A stretch of DNA of 64,000 nt, from positions 6,769-70,768 of the IMG/VR virus record IMGVR_UViG_3300030330_005082. One strand, given 5' to 3'. This DNA comes from a virus. Taxonomy: Duplodnaviria > Caudoviricetes. The translations under genes and the position numbers were made by a program. Below are positions 25,698 through 33,938 of the stretch, piece after piece. Under the pieces are notes generated by a model. The model was not told the origin of the DNA. It saw nothing but the letters and a program-made list of their open reading frames with translations, and made no database searches. The stretch's first letter is position 1. Every line of letters begins with the position of its first letter.

Positions 25698-26672
25698 ATG
25701 AACCAACAAGAGCGAGAAGCTTGGCTTGCTGAGCGTAAAAAGGGGCTTGGAGGCACCGACGTAGCATGCATTTTGCTTTCTGCATGTGATGATGAGGCCG
25801 AAAAAGTAGGTTCATTCGAAAACAGTGTTTTTAAACTTTGGACTGAAAAAACAGATCTTTTTGAATCTGATGATGTTGACGATGCAATTTTGATGCGTGG
25901 TCGAGTAATGGAAAAATATGTCTGTGAATTTTATGGGCTCCACCTGGGGGAAGGGTGCAAGCTTTGGGAAGAGGGATTGACATGGCATCCAACTCGGCCA
26001 CGCATCTTTGGAACACCTGATCGACTTGTTGAACAAAACGGTGTCCGATTTGGTATGGATGCAAAGACCCGTAGATTCCGAAGAGGATGGGGAGAGTCTG
26101 GAACAACCGACATTCCTTTAGATGTAGAGATTCAAATGAGAACCTACATGGAGATCTTCGACGCGCCATATTGGGATATTGCGACTCTTTTTGGACTCGA
26201 TGATTTTAGGGTTTACCGGATTGAAAGAGACAAAGAACTTGGATCTCAAATACTAGATGTAGCTGAGTCTTGGTGGGATAAACACGTAGAAAAACAAATA
26301 CCACCAGATGTAGACAGCACAAACCTTTGCAAAACTGTTCTTGGAAAGCTGCACAAAAGAGTACAGGACATTCCTCTTCGCCAAGCAACAGTGGCCGAGA
26401 AAGACCTGTATGAAAAAATCATTGCAGTGAGAAAAGAGTTGAAGTCCATAGAAAAGAAAAAACAGGAACTTGAAAATAGACTTAGGGCTGCAATCGGCGA
26501 AGACCCAGGCATTGAAGGTATTGCAACTTGGAAACCATCAAGAAGCAGACGAGTGTTTGATAAAAACAAGTTTCGTCAAGATGAGCCAGAAATGTATGAG
26601 AAATACGTTACTGAACAAGCCGGGTCCAGACTACTAAGAATTAAAGAGGAACGACATGACAACAGCACTTAG
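25698..26672 (+). CDS. YqaJ-like (lambda-exonuclease family) recombination nuclease
   Basis: WLAERKKGLGGTD, RGRVME, GTPDRL, DAKT, QMRTYM; AGAGG RBS. Confidence 0.9.
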   Translation: MNQQEREAWLAERKKGLGGTDVACILLSACDDEAEKVGSFENSVFKLWTEKTDLFESDDVDDAILMRGRVMEKYVCEFYGLHLGEGCKLWEEGLTWHPTRPRIFGTPDRLVEQNGVRFGMDAKTRRFRRGWGESGTTDIPLDVEIQMRTYMEIFDAPYWDIATLFGLDDFRVYRIERDKELGSQILDVAESWWDKHVEKQIPPDVDSTNLCKTVLGKLHKRVQDIPLRQATVAEKDLYEKIIAVRKELKSIEKKKQELENRLRAAIGEDPGIEGIATWKPSRSRRVFDKNKFRQDEPEMYEKYVTEQAGSRLLRIKEERHDNST

Positions 26673-27534
26673 CACCAGAGACAAAGTTACCCAACTGAAC
26701 GATTATCTTGAGGGTAAAAAAAGCAGCCTGATTAAGATTGCACCACAGGGCACCGACGTTGATCGAATCATTCGTGTTGCAATGTTTGAGGCCGTTAAAA
26801 ACGAAAGACTCGTACAGTGCAGCCCAGCTTCTGTTTATATGGCACTTGCTAAGGCATGCGAGTTGGACCTGGTTGCTGGTGGAGTTTTGCACCGAGCCTC
26901 TTTGGTTCCAATGTGGGACAAGAAAAGTAAAGGTTACAACGCAGAGTTGTGGATTGAGTACACAGGACTGATGGACCTTGTAAAGCGATCAGGTGAAGTT
27001 GCTCACTTCAAAGCAGAAGTTGTCTACGAAAACGATGATTTCGAACACTCGTTTGATCTTGAGAAGGGCGAGGTTCTTCGACACAAAAAGTGTCACGACA
27101 ATCCTGGTGACTTGCTTCTTGCTTACGCTGTATGCTTTTTCAAAGACGGTCAGCGCCAAGTAGAGGTGATGCGTAAGGATCAAATCAACAAGATTCGTAA
27201 AAGCTCCCGAAGTCCAGAATCTGGACCATGGGCACAACACACGGAAGAAATGTGGCGAAAAACTGTTATCCGTCGAATCTGCAAGTATCTACCGCTAACG
27301 CCGAAAACAACTGCTGTTCTTGAACACGATATTCAGTCTGATTTTGGCAACGTAATCGACATTGAAACAATCGATGTTGATGAAGAAGCCAACACAGACA
27401 TTGATAACAATGTTATTGATGTACAATCAGCCGACTCAAAACCAAAGTCAAAACGGAGATCTAAGGTTAAAGATTTGGTTGAGAAAGCACAGGTAAATGA
27501 TCTACCTGAACCTGAAGAAGATTTCACCTCGTAG
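26656..27534 (+). CDS. recT: RecT-family ssDNA annealing protein
   Basis: LVQCSPASV..AL..AC.L.L, LVP, I.YTGLMDLVKRSG, EEMWRKTVIRRICKYLPL. Confidence 0.92.
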   Translation: MTTALSTRDKVTQLNDYLEGKKSSLIKIAPQGTDVDRIIRVAMFEAVKNERLVQCSPASVYMALAKACELDLVAGGVLHRASLVPMWDKKSKGYNAELWIEYTGLMDLVKRSGEVAHFKAEVVYENDDFEHSFDLEKGEVLRHKKCHDNPGDLLLAYAVCFFKDGQRQVEVMRKDQINKIRKSSRSPESGPWAQHTEEMWRKTVIRRICKYLPLTPKTTAVLEHDIQSDFGNVIDIETIDVDEEANTDIDNNVIDVQSADSKPKSKRRSKVKDLVEKAQVNDLPEPEEDFTS

Positions 27535-27545
27535 GAGTATTAAAC

Positions 27546-28211
27546 ATGTCCTTGCTTGATCAAGCCGCAAAAAACCTATCGCCATACAAACTTATGCTGC
27601 AGGAAACTGCCAGCAAAAATGTTGAAGATAAGTTTATTGTGCAACCAAACCTTTTGCTCGACATTTTGAATGATGAAATGACCACTCGTTTGATCGACAA
27701 AAAACAGAAGAAACAGTTTGCTGGTTACAGGACACGTTTGAAAACAGCAGAATGGCGACTGGCTGGCATTTTGAACTGTGTTGATGAGCCTTTGTATCGA
27801 GAGCAAATCGGAAAAACTATCGATTCAATGCTGAAGCATATCAAGCTTGTTCAGCCTAATGGTGAATGGATTGTTCTCGATTATGAATCAGACATCAGAA
27901 AAAACAAAGGTGGAGACCAAGCAATTATGCTGGCTGTAAACTTTGTTGATGTACGCAATGAAAAGGATCTCAAGTACCAAAACGGTATGCCGATCGTCGA
28001 TGTGAATGTTGACGTTAGCGCATCAAACAAAGAACTTATCGAAGCAATCCAAGCTCAGGGTGCAAACTCTAATGATCAAGAGCTTAAAGACCTGATGAAG
28101 CAATTTATTGCTGTGATGGCACAAGATAAGATTGCGGAAAAGTCTGTGGAAAAATCTGTTGAAAAAACAGAAGAAAAGTTTGATGAAGAGCCAGAAGGCT
28201 TTGTCGAGTGA
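27546..28211 (+). CDS. Hypothetical protein
   Basis: 221 aa, AGGAG RBS. Confidence 0.8.
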   Translation: MSLLDQAAKNLSPYKLMLQETASKNVEDKFIVQPNLLLDILNDEMTTRLIDKKQKKQFAGYRTRLKTAEWRLAGILNCVDEPLYREQIGKTIDSMLKHIKLVQPNGEWIVLDYESDIRKNKGGDQAIMLAVNFVDVRNEKDLKYQNGMPIVDVNVDVSASNKELIEAIQAQGANSNDQELKDLMKQFIAVMAQDKIAEKSVEKSVEKTEEKFDEEPEGFVE

Positions 28212-28220
28212 TAGGGCAAA

Positions 28221-28859
28221 ATGGGTCAACTTAACGCAAACATACCGTATATACAGGCATACATACGTCCTGAGTTTACTGGACTGAAAGAGTTGGTCGA
28301 GGGCTACATGTTTGGCGTCAAGTCGATGCTAAACAGGCCCATGCACTTCCACTTTCAAGCAAACATCGGCGCTGTGTTTTGGAACATGCCAATATCTGCG
28401 TTTGTTCACAAAGAGAAGTACGACCGTCTATCCAACGATGAAGAGACACGGTTGCAACTGCTGGAAAGTTGGGACTGCCAAAGCAATAACATTGCTGTAA
28501 CCACGTTTGCGTTTCTTCAAAACCGTACTGTAGATGTGTTCTGTCGAGACAAGAAGTGGCGCAGTGGTCAGTACCTTACAACGATAGATGATTTCGAAGG
28601 TGATCTTAATGAGATCAACGTAGGGTACTCCAACGACCAAGACAGCAAGTGTTTTCACTTCATTATGCTGGACGACGGTAACTTCTGTATCCAACCCAAC
28701 AATCTACTCAGATGGCATAACCCTGACTTCATAGTACCGTACCCCAAGGACAACCCGCCCAAGATGAACATCTTTAAGGAACAGTTGACCAGTGAGGATA
28801 TCGATCGAACTTACGGAAACAGCCCGTACTACTTCTACAATCATCACGATAAGAAATAA
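28221..28859 (+). CDS. Conserved phage hypothetical protein
   Basis: LNANIP...GQYL.TID...KCFHFIMLDDGNFCIQPNN, a family familiar from marine phages. Confidence 0.8.
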   Translation: MGQLNANIPYIQAYIRPEFTGLKELVEGYMFGVKSMLNRPMHFHFQANIGAVFWNMPISAFVHKEKYDRLSNDEETRLQLLESWDCQSNNIAVTTFAFLQNRTVDVFCRDKKWRSGQYLTTIDDFEGDLNEINVGYSNDQDSKCFHFIMLDDGNFCIQPNNLLRWHNPDFIVPYPKDNPPKMNIFKEQLTSEDIDRTYGNSPYYFYNHHDKK

Positions 28860-29353
28860 TGCCTGATCATTCTTTAGATGACATCGTTCATTCTATACAA
28901 TCAGCGGTTATAGCGGCCACCGACATCGCAGAGCGCCATGAGCTTGATTCGATCATGAATCAAGAGTTCTGGCAGCAGAAGGTAGACGATAACGGTGAGC
29001 CGCAAACTGATGACGACGGAAGACACATATATGTACCACGCATGGTCGTCATGGAAATCCCAATGTGGGAAGATGGAGTTCTGGTACGAAAAAGCATACC
29101 AGTCCCGCTGCAATCGCTTACCACTGGCCAGAGCTTACGGGTGGATACGCTCGAAGTTGAAATGTCTGTTGAGATATCAGGACTGAATGCAGATCGAAAA
29201 AAAGGTCAGTTGATGGTGAGGCCATGTGCAAACAACCCTTCCTGGTTTAAAAAAGAGAGCAATGCTGCTAAACTCAAGCTGATCTTCAAAGGCAGTGAGC
29301 CACCAGAAGGCTACGCAAGAATAGATGATCAACTTATTAAATTATTGCCGTGA
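28859..29353 (+). CDS. DUF2589-like protein (short partner)
   Basis: SLDDIVHSIQSAVIAA, VPLQSL...LRVDTLEVEMSVE, KLKLIFKGSEPPEGYARI. Confidence 0.7.
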   Translation: MPDHSLDDIVHSIQSAVIAATDIAERHELDSIMNQEFWQQKVDDNGEPQTDDDGRHIYVPRMVVMEIPMWEDGVLVRKSIPVPLQSLTTGQSLRVDTLEVEMSVEISGLNADRKKGQLMVRPCANNPSWFKKESNAAKLKLIFKGSEPPEGYARIDDQLIKLLP

Positions 29354-29736
29354 AAAAAATGAACAAATCGCATGGTAGACACGTTTATTTAGATTGTGTC
29401 GGATATCAAAAAAACAATATTTATAATGGTGAATGGATATTACAAACAATGATTGAGGCTGCTAATTTAGCAAAAATCAGAGTTGTTCATTCGCATGTTG
29501 AAGAGTTTGACGGATCAGTATCACCACCAGGTTTTGCAGCATGCACTTTATTAGATGAAAGTCACATTACTGCTCATTGTTATTATGACAAAGGTTGGCT
29601 GGCTTTTGACGCTTTTACTTGTGGAGATTCCGATCCAGAAATAATAGCTGATCACATAGAAAAAACGTTATCTAAAAAAATGAAAAATCTAAAAATAAAA
29701 AGTAGATCTGTTGTAAAACGTTTTATCTACGATTAA
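29350..29736 (+). CDS. speD: S-adenosylmethionine decarboxylase proenzyme (AdoMetDC/SpeH class)
   Basis: HGRHVYLD, PPGFAACTLLDE|SHITAH (E-S pyruvoyl cleavage site), AFDAFTCG. Confidence 0.88.
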   Translation: MKKMNKSHGRHVYLDCVGYQKNNIYNGEWILQTMIEAANLAKIRVVHSHVEEFDGSVSPPGFAACTLLDESHITAHCYYDKGWLAFDAFTCGDSDPEIIADHIEKTLSKKMKNLKIKSRSVVKRFIYD

Positions 29737-29758
29737 ATATACCGAATAGGAGATCACC

Positions 29759-30364
29759 ATGGCAGATTCCGGCCTTGTAAAAATGTCAGACCAGTTTGGT
29801 GGCCTTCCAATGGAACAACTCATTGGTGGTCCGCTTAAAGCAGCCTGTAACGCACAAACCCTGCTCGCAAAGGCATCTAGTGACTTCATCAAAGATGTCG
29901 GTCTGAATGACGACGGTAAGGGCAACATGGCTGCACGGACTGTGGACTTTTCGTTCAACAAGCCCGTACAAGACGCTGCCGGAAACACAACGATGGAAAA
30001 AGTGGACCTCCAGGTTCCACTGCTTGCGATTATCAACACACCCAGCTTGTCAGTCAAAGAAGCCGAAGTGCGATTCACGATGGAAGTAAAGTCATCTACA
30101 TCGAGCAAGCAGACTTCAGATAGCAAGGCTGACCTTACAGCTAAGGCCAAGTACAACGCCGGTCTGTTCTCTTGTGAAGTGACTGTTCACGGTTCTGTAG
30201 CCAACCACAGCGAAAACACCCGCAGTAGCGACAACAGCGCCAAGTACGACGTGAAGGTAGTGGCCCGTGATGATGGCCCACCTGAAGGCTTGAGTCGAGT
30301 TCTTGATATGTTCAATGATGCAATCGCACCCACCCAAGGTGCAGCACCAGCGAAGAAAGTCTAA
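29759..30364 (+). CDS. DUF2589 domain protein
   Basis: FGGLPMEQLIGGPLKAACNAQ, VPLLAII..PSL, MEVKSS, KY.VKV.A.DDGPPEGLSRVLD. Confidence 0.85.
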   Translation: MADSGLVKMSDQFGGLPMEQLIGGPLKAACNAQTLLAKASSDFIKDVGLNDDGKGNMAARTVDFSFNKPVQDAAGNTTMEKVDLQVPLLAIINTPSLSVKEAEVRFTMEVKSSTSSKQTSDSKADLTAKAKYNAGLFSCEVTVHGSVANHSENTRSSDNSAKYDVKVVARDDGPPEGLSRVLDMFNDAIAPTQGAAPAKKV

Positions 30365-30375
30365 TCATCCCCTTG

Positions 30376-30443
30376 ACCCCCCACCCACGTCGCCTAATCC
30401 CATTTCGGGGGCTGAAATGGGCGATTCCTACCGGGTGGGGGGT
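30376..30443 (+). terminator. Long nested hairpin after the DUF2589 operon
   Basis: ACCCCCCACCC/GGGTGGGGGGT outer stem; CCCATTTC/GAAATGGG inner stem. Confidence 0.55.
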
Positions 30444-30560
30444 TGATTTTACATAACAATCGTTATCTGTTAAATGATTATTGATCCACCTTTATTGGTG
30501 TTGTTCAATATTAGGTTTGGATGGTCTAAACCTTTTATCAAACTTGTGGATTCAAACTCG

Positions 30561-30597
30561 ACCCATTCAGGTGTCACGACCTGCATGGGTTTTTTTT
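30561..30597 (+). terminator. Intrinsic terminator between convergent operons
   Basis: ACCCAT-T-CAGG-N8-CCTG-C-ATGGGT followed by T7. Confidence 0.7.
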
Positions 30598-30604
30598 ATG
30601 TCAG

Positions 30605-31117
30605 TCATTTTTGTTCGTTGATTTCAAACAGTTCATCGATACGCTTTTTCATGCGCTTGATCTGACGCTCTACATCTTCTCCGTCAAAATCAGCAGAAAT
30701 CATCGATGTTTTCTTTTCAATAGATCCAATCTTGGACTTTAGTGCGTCCACTTCAGCCTGCATCTTAGCGGTTGCTACCTTACAAGGTGGAGGCTGTTCT
30801 CCTTCCATACCCTGAGACTGAGCTTCCATTTTTAGCTTCTGCATTTCCTGTTCGTGTTTTTGCTCCGCACGATCACGATAAAAGCTCCAGGCTTTTGATC
30901 CACCCGCTACAGCCATACCAGTCAGAGCAAGAGCAACCATCGGAGCATAATCACCACCCAGCGCTTTGGCTGCGTCTGCTGCGACTGTGATGTCCTGAGA
31001 TACACCAACCATCTCAGATAGTTCTGGTGGGTCGGGGCCAGGATCAAATTTCTCGGCCTCGGTAGGCTCAGGTTTTGATGTTGAGTCTGGTTTTGGTGTT
31101 TCTTCTGGTGATGACAT
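30605..31117 (-). CDS. Membrane-anchored coiled-coil protein (lysis-cassette associated)
   Basis: Hydrophobic MVALALTGMAVAGG segment then coiled coil; ATG 31117. Confidence 0.7.
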   Translation of the reverse strand: MSSPEETPKPDSTSKPEPTEAEKFDPGPDPPELSEMVGVSQDITVAADAAKALGGDYAPMVALALTGMAVAGGSKAWSFYRDRAEQKHEQEMQKLKMEAQSQGMEGEQPPPCKVATAKMQAEVDALKSKIGSIEKKTSMISADFDGEDVERQIKRMKKRIDELFEINEQK

Positions 31118-31130
31118 AGTTTTAGTTTCC

Positions 31131-31439
31131 TTACTTGCTTCGATCCAAAATGCGGTCCAACTTTGCCACAATGTCATTGTGTACTTTAGTTCGAGTGATT
31201 AAAAAATCTTTCGATTGATCATCTTCTCGATCTCGATACTCTTGAATTACTTTATCGTACCGCTCACGCATCTTTTCTGATCGCTCGTTATACTCTTTCC
31301 GTAACGTATCAAGTTGTTCTTGAAACCCAGCAACCAACTTGTCGAGCCGTTTTTGCATAGTGACAAACTGAAAAATCAGAAACGCAGCAAAAACCCCAAG
31401 GTGACCATCGGCCAATAGTGAATCGACCAACGCCTCCAT
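31131..31439 (-). CDS. Holin-like protein (BhlA/UviB-like: one TM plus coiled coil)
   Basis: GHLGVFAAFLIFQFV TM segment, directly after the endolysin. Confidence 0.6.
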   Translation of the reverse strand: MEALVDSLLADGHLGVFAAFLIFQFVTMQKRLDKLVAGFQEQLDTLRKEYNERSEKMRERYDKVIQEYRDREDDQSKDFLITRTKVHNDIVAKLDRILDRSK

Positions 31440-32014
31440 TAAAACTCCGGTTCATCAATTAGAGTATAACTAAACGAGTTGCCCCACTTGTTTCGAGCCG
31501 CGTAGCAAATGCTCATAAACTCTTCGAAATCTTTGCTATGACTGAACACCTGACATCCAGCAGACCACTTATCTACCTGCGTCGATGCTGATCCAGCTTT
31601 GTGGATATTGATGCCATAATAGCCTTCAGTAATAGACTGTACATCAAGATCAATAATGTCGTCTTTATTGCTGTCCCGGTAAGTTTTGACCGTACCGTTC
31701 CTTTGGCAGAGCGCATCGTATTTCCCCTGGTGTTTGTCGATCTTCCAAACGGATCGATATTGTCCAGGTACTAGAATAGCAGTTCCTTCAACTCGAGAGG
31801 GATTTTCTAGCCAGTAACTACCAGGCTCAGTGGTGCATTCCCAGGTACGAGTAATCCAGCCCTGCTCGTCTTTGAACACCACACACATGCGATCATCAAA
31901 ACGATTTGCTTGGTGATTACGGCTGCGAATACCGATGATGTTCAGGTTGTATTCACCTGACTCAAAAACGGTATGACCAAGAGAGGCCACATAATCAAGA
32001 AGAAATGGTCTCAT
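31439..32014 (-). CDS. Putative endolysin with L,D-transpeptidase (YkuD)-like catalytic motif
   Basis: GINIHKAG...KWSAGCQV (H...S.GC); YNLNIIGIR, TTEPG; flanked by membrane proteins; start at ATG 32014. Confidence 0.75.
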   Translation of the reverse strand: MRPFLLDYVASLGHTVFESGEYNLNIIGIRSRNHQANRFDDRMCVVFKDEQGWITRTWECTTEPGSYWLENPSRVEGTAILVPGQYRSVWKIDKHQGKYDALCQRNGTVKTYRDSNKDDIIDLDVQSITEGYYGINIHKAGSASTQVDKWSAGCQVFSHSKDFEEFMSICYAARNKWGNSFSYTLIDEPEF

Positions 32015-32015
32015 A

Positions 32016-32306
32016 TTACGAACTACAGTCTGCGTTTGTGGCTTGGCAGATTTGAGCAATGTTGATGGCTTGTTTTTGTTGGTTGTCCAAAAGCTTTTGA
32101 ACAATATCTTCCATCTTTTCAAGACGGCTCTCAATGCCTTCGATCTTGACATCAACCACCTCTTGCTTACCCGCTTTGGATTCAAGGATCTCAACGCGAC
32201 GGTCAACCTCCTCAACATCAGAAGCAGCAGACTCAAAAGAAGCAAATGAAACACCCGCAGCAAAAACTACAGTTAGTCCAGGTACAGCTAAATCTTTGAG
32301 TTCCAT
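32016..32306 (-). CDS. TM plus coiled-coil protein (holin/spanin-like)
   Basis: LAVPGLTVVFAAGVSFA followed by heptad repeats. Confidence 0.65.
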   Translation of the reverse strand: MELKDLAVPGLTVVFAAGVSFASFESAASDVEEVDRRVEILESKAGKQEVVDVKIEGIESRLEKMEDIVQKLLDNQQKQAINIAQICQATNADCSS

Positions 32307-32317
32307 GGCAATTCCAA

Positions 32318-32722
32318 TCATTGAGGCTCAATACAGTTATAAGACCCGAGAAGCTTATCCGTCAACTTTGACGGCTCACATCGTTGCTTATCTGTTTCAC
32401 CAGTGCGAATACACAACGCCCACATACACTGCAATGACATGGGGTCTCCACCAACATCCTTAATACAAGGTGGTGGCATGTCAGTGAGTTTATCTGCAAT
32501 AGAAGCTTCACGCTCTGCATCAGTGATTGCAACTTGCTGAACTTGAGAAACAAGCTCTTGGTTTCCACTATTTAGCTCTTTAATTGCCTCAGTTTGTGCC
32601 TCAATCGCTTTTACACCGGCATCAGGCTTCAGACCCCAGCCAGCACCAAAGCCGACGCTCAGTGACGCTATAACGGCGATTACTGTTAAGCTGACTGGTT
32701 CCATATTGAACATTCCACTCAC
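32318..32722 (-). CDS. N-terminally anchored Cys-containing protein (spanin-like?)
   Basis: VSLTVIAVIASLSVGFGAGW TM, coiled coil, five Cys in the C-terminal part. Confidence 0.65.
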   Translation of the reverse strand: MSGMFNMEPVSLTVIAVIASLSVGFGAGWGLKPDAGVKAIEAQTEAIKELNSGNQELVSQVQQVAITDAEREASIADKLTDMPPPCIKDVGGDPMSLQCMWALCIRTGETDKQRCEPSKLTDKLLGSYNCIEPQ

Positions 32723-32724
32723 TT

Positions 32725-33117
32725 TTATGATGCAATTATTTTAACAATAACTGAGCTTGATGGGTCCGCTTGGCTACCAACAATTGCACCTGTAACACAC
32801 CACATAGACAATCCAGCACTAAATGCAGCACCACCCGGTATGCAGTAGGTAATCTTTTTGTACGCTGGAGCCTTAAAAGTAAAGTGTGGTGTTCCTACTC
32901 CATTTGCGGTTGTTGTAGCCGGTGTAGCTGTAGTATTGTCACGAATCTTCAAATAGACCGGTGTTGAATTTGCCTCATTGTTGATTTGAATCATAAAAAT
33001 ACTGCCAGCACCGCCAGTTACATTCGTAGTTGCTCCTGAAGAACCTGTGCAAGATAAATCAAGAACGTACTTGCCACCGATTTCAGTTATCGATGATGTA
33101 GATGTTGCCGTTGACAT
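32725..33117 (-). CDS. Beta-sandwich protein B2
   Basis: Paralogue of 20649..21029. Confidence 0.75.
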   Translation of the reverse strand: MSTATSTSSITEIGGKYVLDLSCTGSSGATTNVTGGAGSIFMIQINNEANSTPVYLKIRDNTTATPATTTANGVGTPHFTFKAPAYKKITYCIPGGAAFSAGLSMWCVTGAIVGSQADPSSSVIVKIIAS

Positions 33118-33124
33118 TTTTACC

Positions 33125-33496
33125 TCAAGAACAAACGATTTTTACATCGACTGTTTCATTATTATTTGCGGTCAATGCAGTGTTATCAACAGGATTTTGA
33201 TTCAACGTACAAGCGAAGCTGATGTTCGTAAAAGGATAGCCATCTGGAATGTTGTAAACAGTAGTCGTATTGGCATCAACTCGTAAAACCAAAGTTGCAA
33301 CAGATGAACCCATAATGACGCTTGAAAGGTCAAAAAACTTAAAGTAGGCAGCACTGCTCGTTGAGTTCTTCAGAGAGATTGAGTAAATCGATCCAGGCTC
33401 AGAAGTTACGTTAACGATCGCTGTATTGTTGCAAACTGTTTCACGGACTATCTTATAGTCAAACGCATCTTCAAACTTGGTTATCGATAGTGCCAT
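33125..33496 (-). CDS. Beta-sandwich protein A2
   Basis: Paralogue of 21037..21408. Confidence 0.8.
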   Translation of the reverse strand: MALSITKFEDAFDYKIVRETVCNNTAIVNVTSEPGSIYSISLKNSTSSAAYFKFFDLSSVIMGSSVATLVLRVDANTTTVYNIPDGYPFTNISFACTLNQNPVDNTALTANNNETVDVKIVCS

Positions 33497-33500
33497 ATAA

Positions 33501-33707
33501 TCACTTATCCATATCGATCGTTCGACGAGTAGGCTTTACCTTTGGATCTTGATCCATCGATGGCATTTCAACAGATGTTGAACTTTTAGATTTTCCAGAT
33601 TTCAACAAGATTGCTTTTTGAGCCGCAGACAATGTTGCATTGTTTTTGGCAAGTTTTGCATCGATATCAGCAAGCATTTGTTTTTCTTCGTCTGTCATAC
33701 CAGGCAT
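33501..33707 (-). CDS. Small hypothetical protein
   Basis: 68 aa, AGGA upstream, tight packing. Confidence 0.65.
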   Translation of the reverse strand: MPGMTDEEKQMLADIDAKLAKNNATLSAAQKAILLKSGKSKSSTSVEMPSMDQDPKVKPTRRTIDMDK

Positions 33708-33716
33708 TTTATTATC

Positions 33717-33929
33717 CTACTCTTCAGGTGTTGAGACTACAGCTTTCTTTTCGGCTGCATCTACATACCCTTGACCCAGGATGTAAGAAACACACACGCC
33801 AGCAGAGAGCTTCAATGCTTCACCAAGTGCAATATCTTCGCCCAAAAAAGCCAAGACTGGAGGCATCAGTGCCCCAAGGAATGCAGCCCAAAATTTACGG
33901 GATGCGAGTTTCGCTTTCAAAGTATCCAT
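33717..33929 (-). CDS. Holin-like two-TM protein
   Basis: SRKFWAAFLG, two hydrophobic helices, YILGQGYVDA, charged tail; AGGAG RBS. Confidence 0.7.
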   Translation of the reverse strand: MDTLKAKLASRKFWAAFLGALMPPVLAFLGEDIALGEALKLSAGVCVSYILGQGYVDAAEKKAVVSTPEE

Positions 33930-33938
33930 GGTGTCTCC

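Noticed and set aside
30680-30705. ADFDGE resembling the RNA polymerase NADFDGD motif
   Set aside because: Lies in a 170-aa coiled-coil membrane protein, third Asp replaced, no polymerase context.
32015-32263. N-terminal extension of ORF 31439..32263, which looks like a signal or SAR sequence
   Set aside because: It overlaps gene 32016..32306 in another frame; ATG 32014 directly after that gene's stop is the more parsimonious start.
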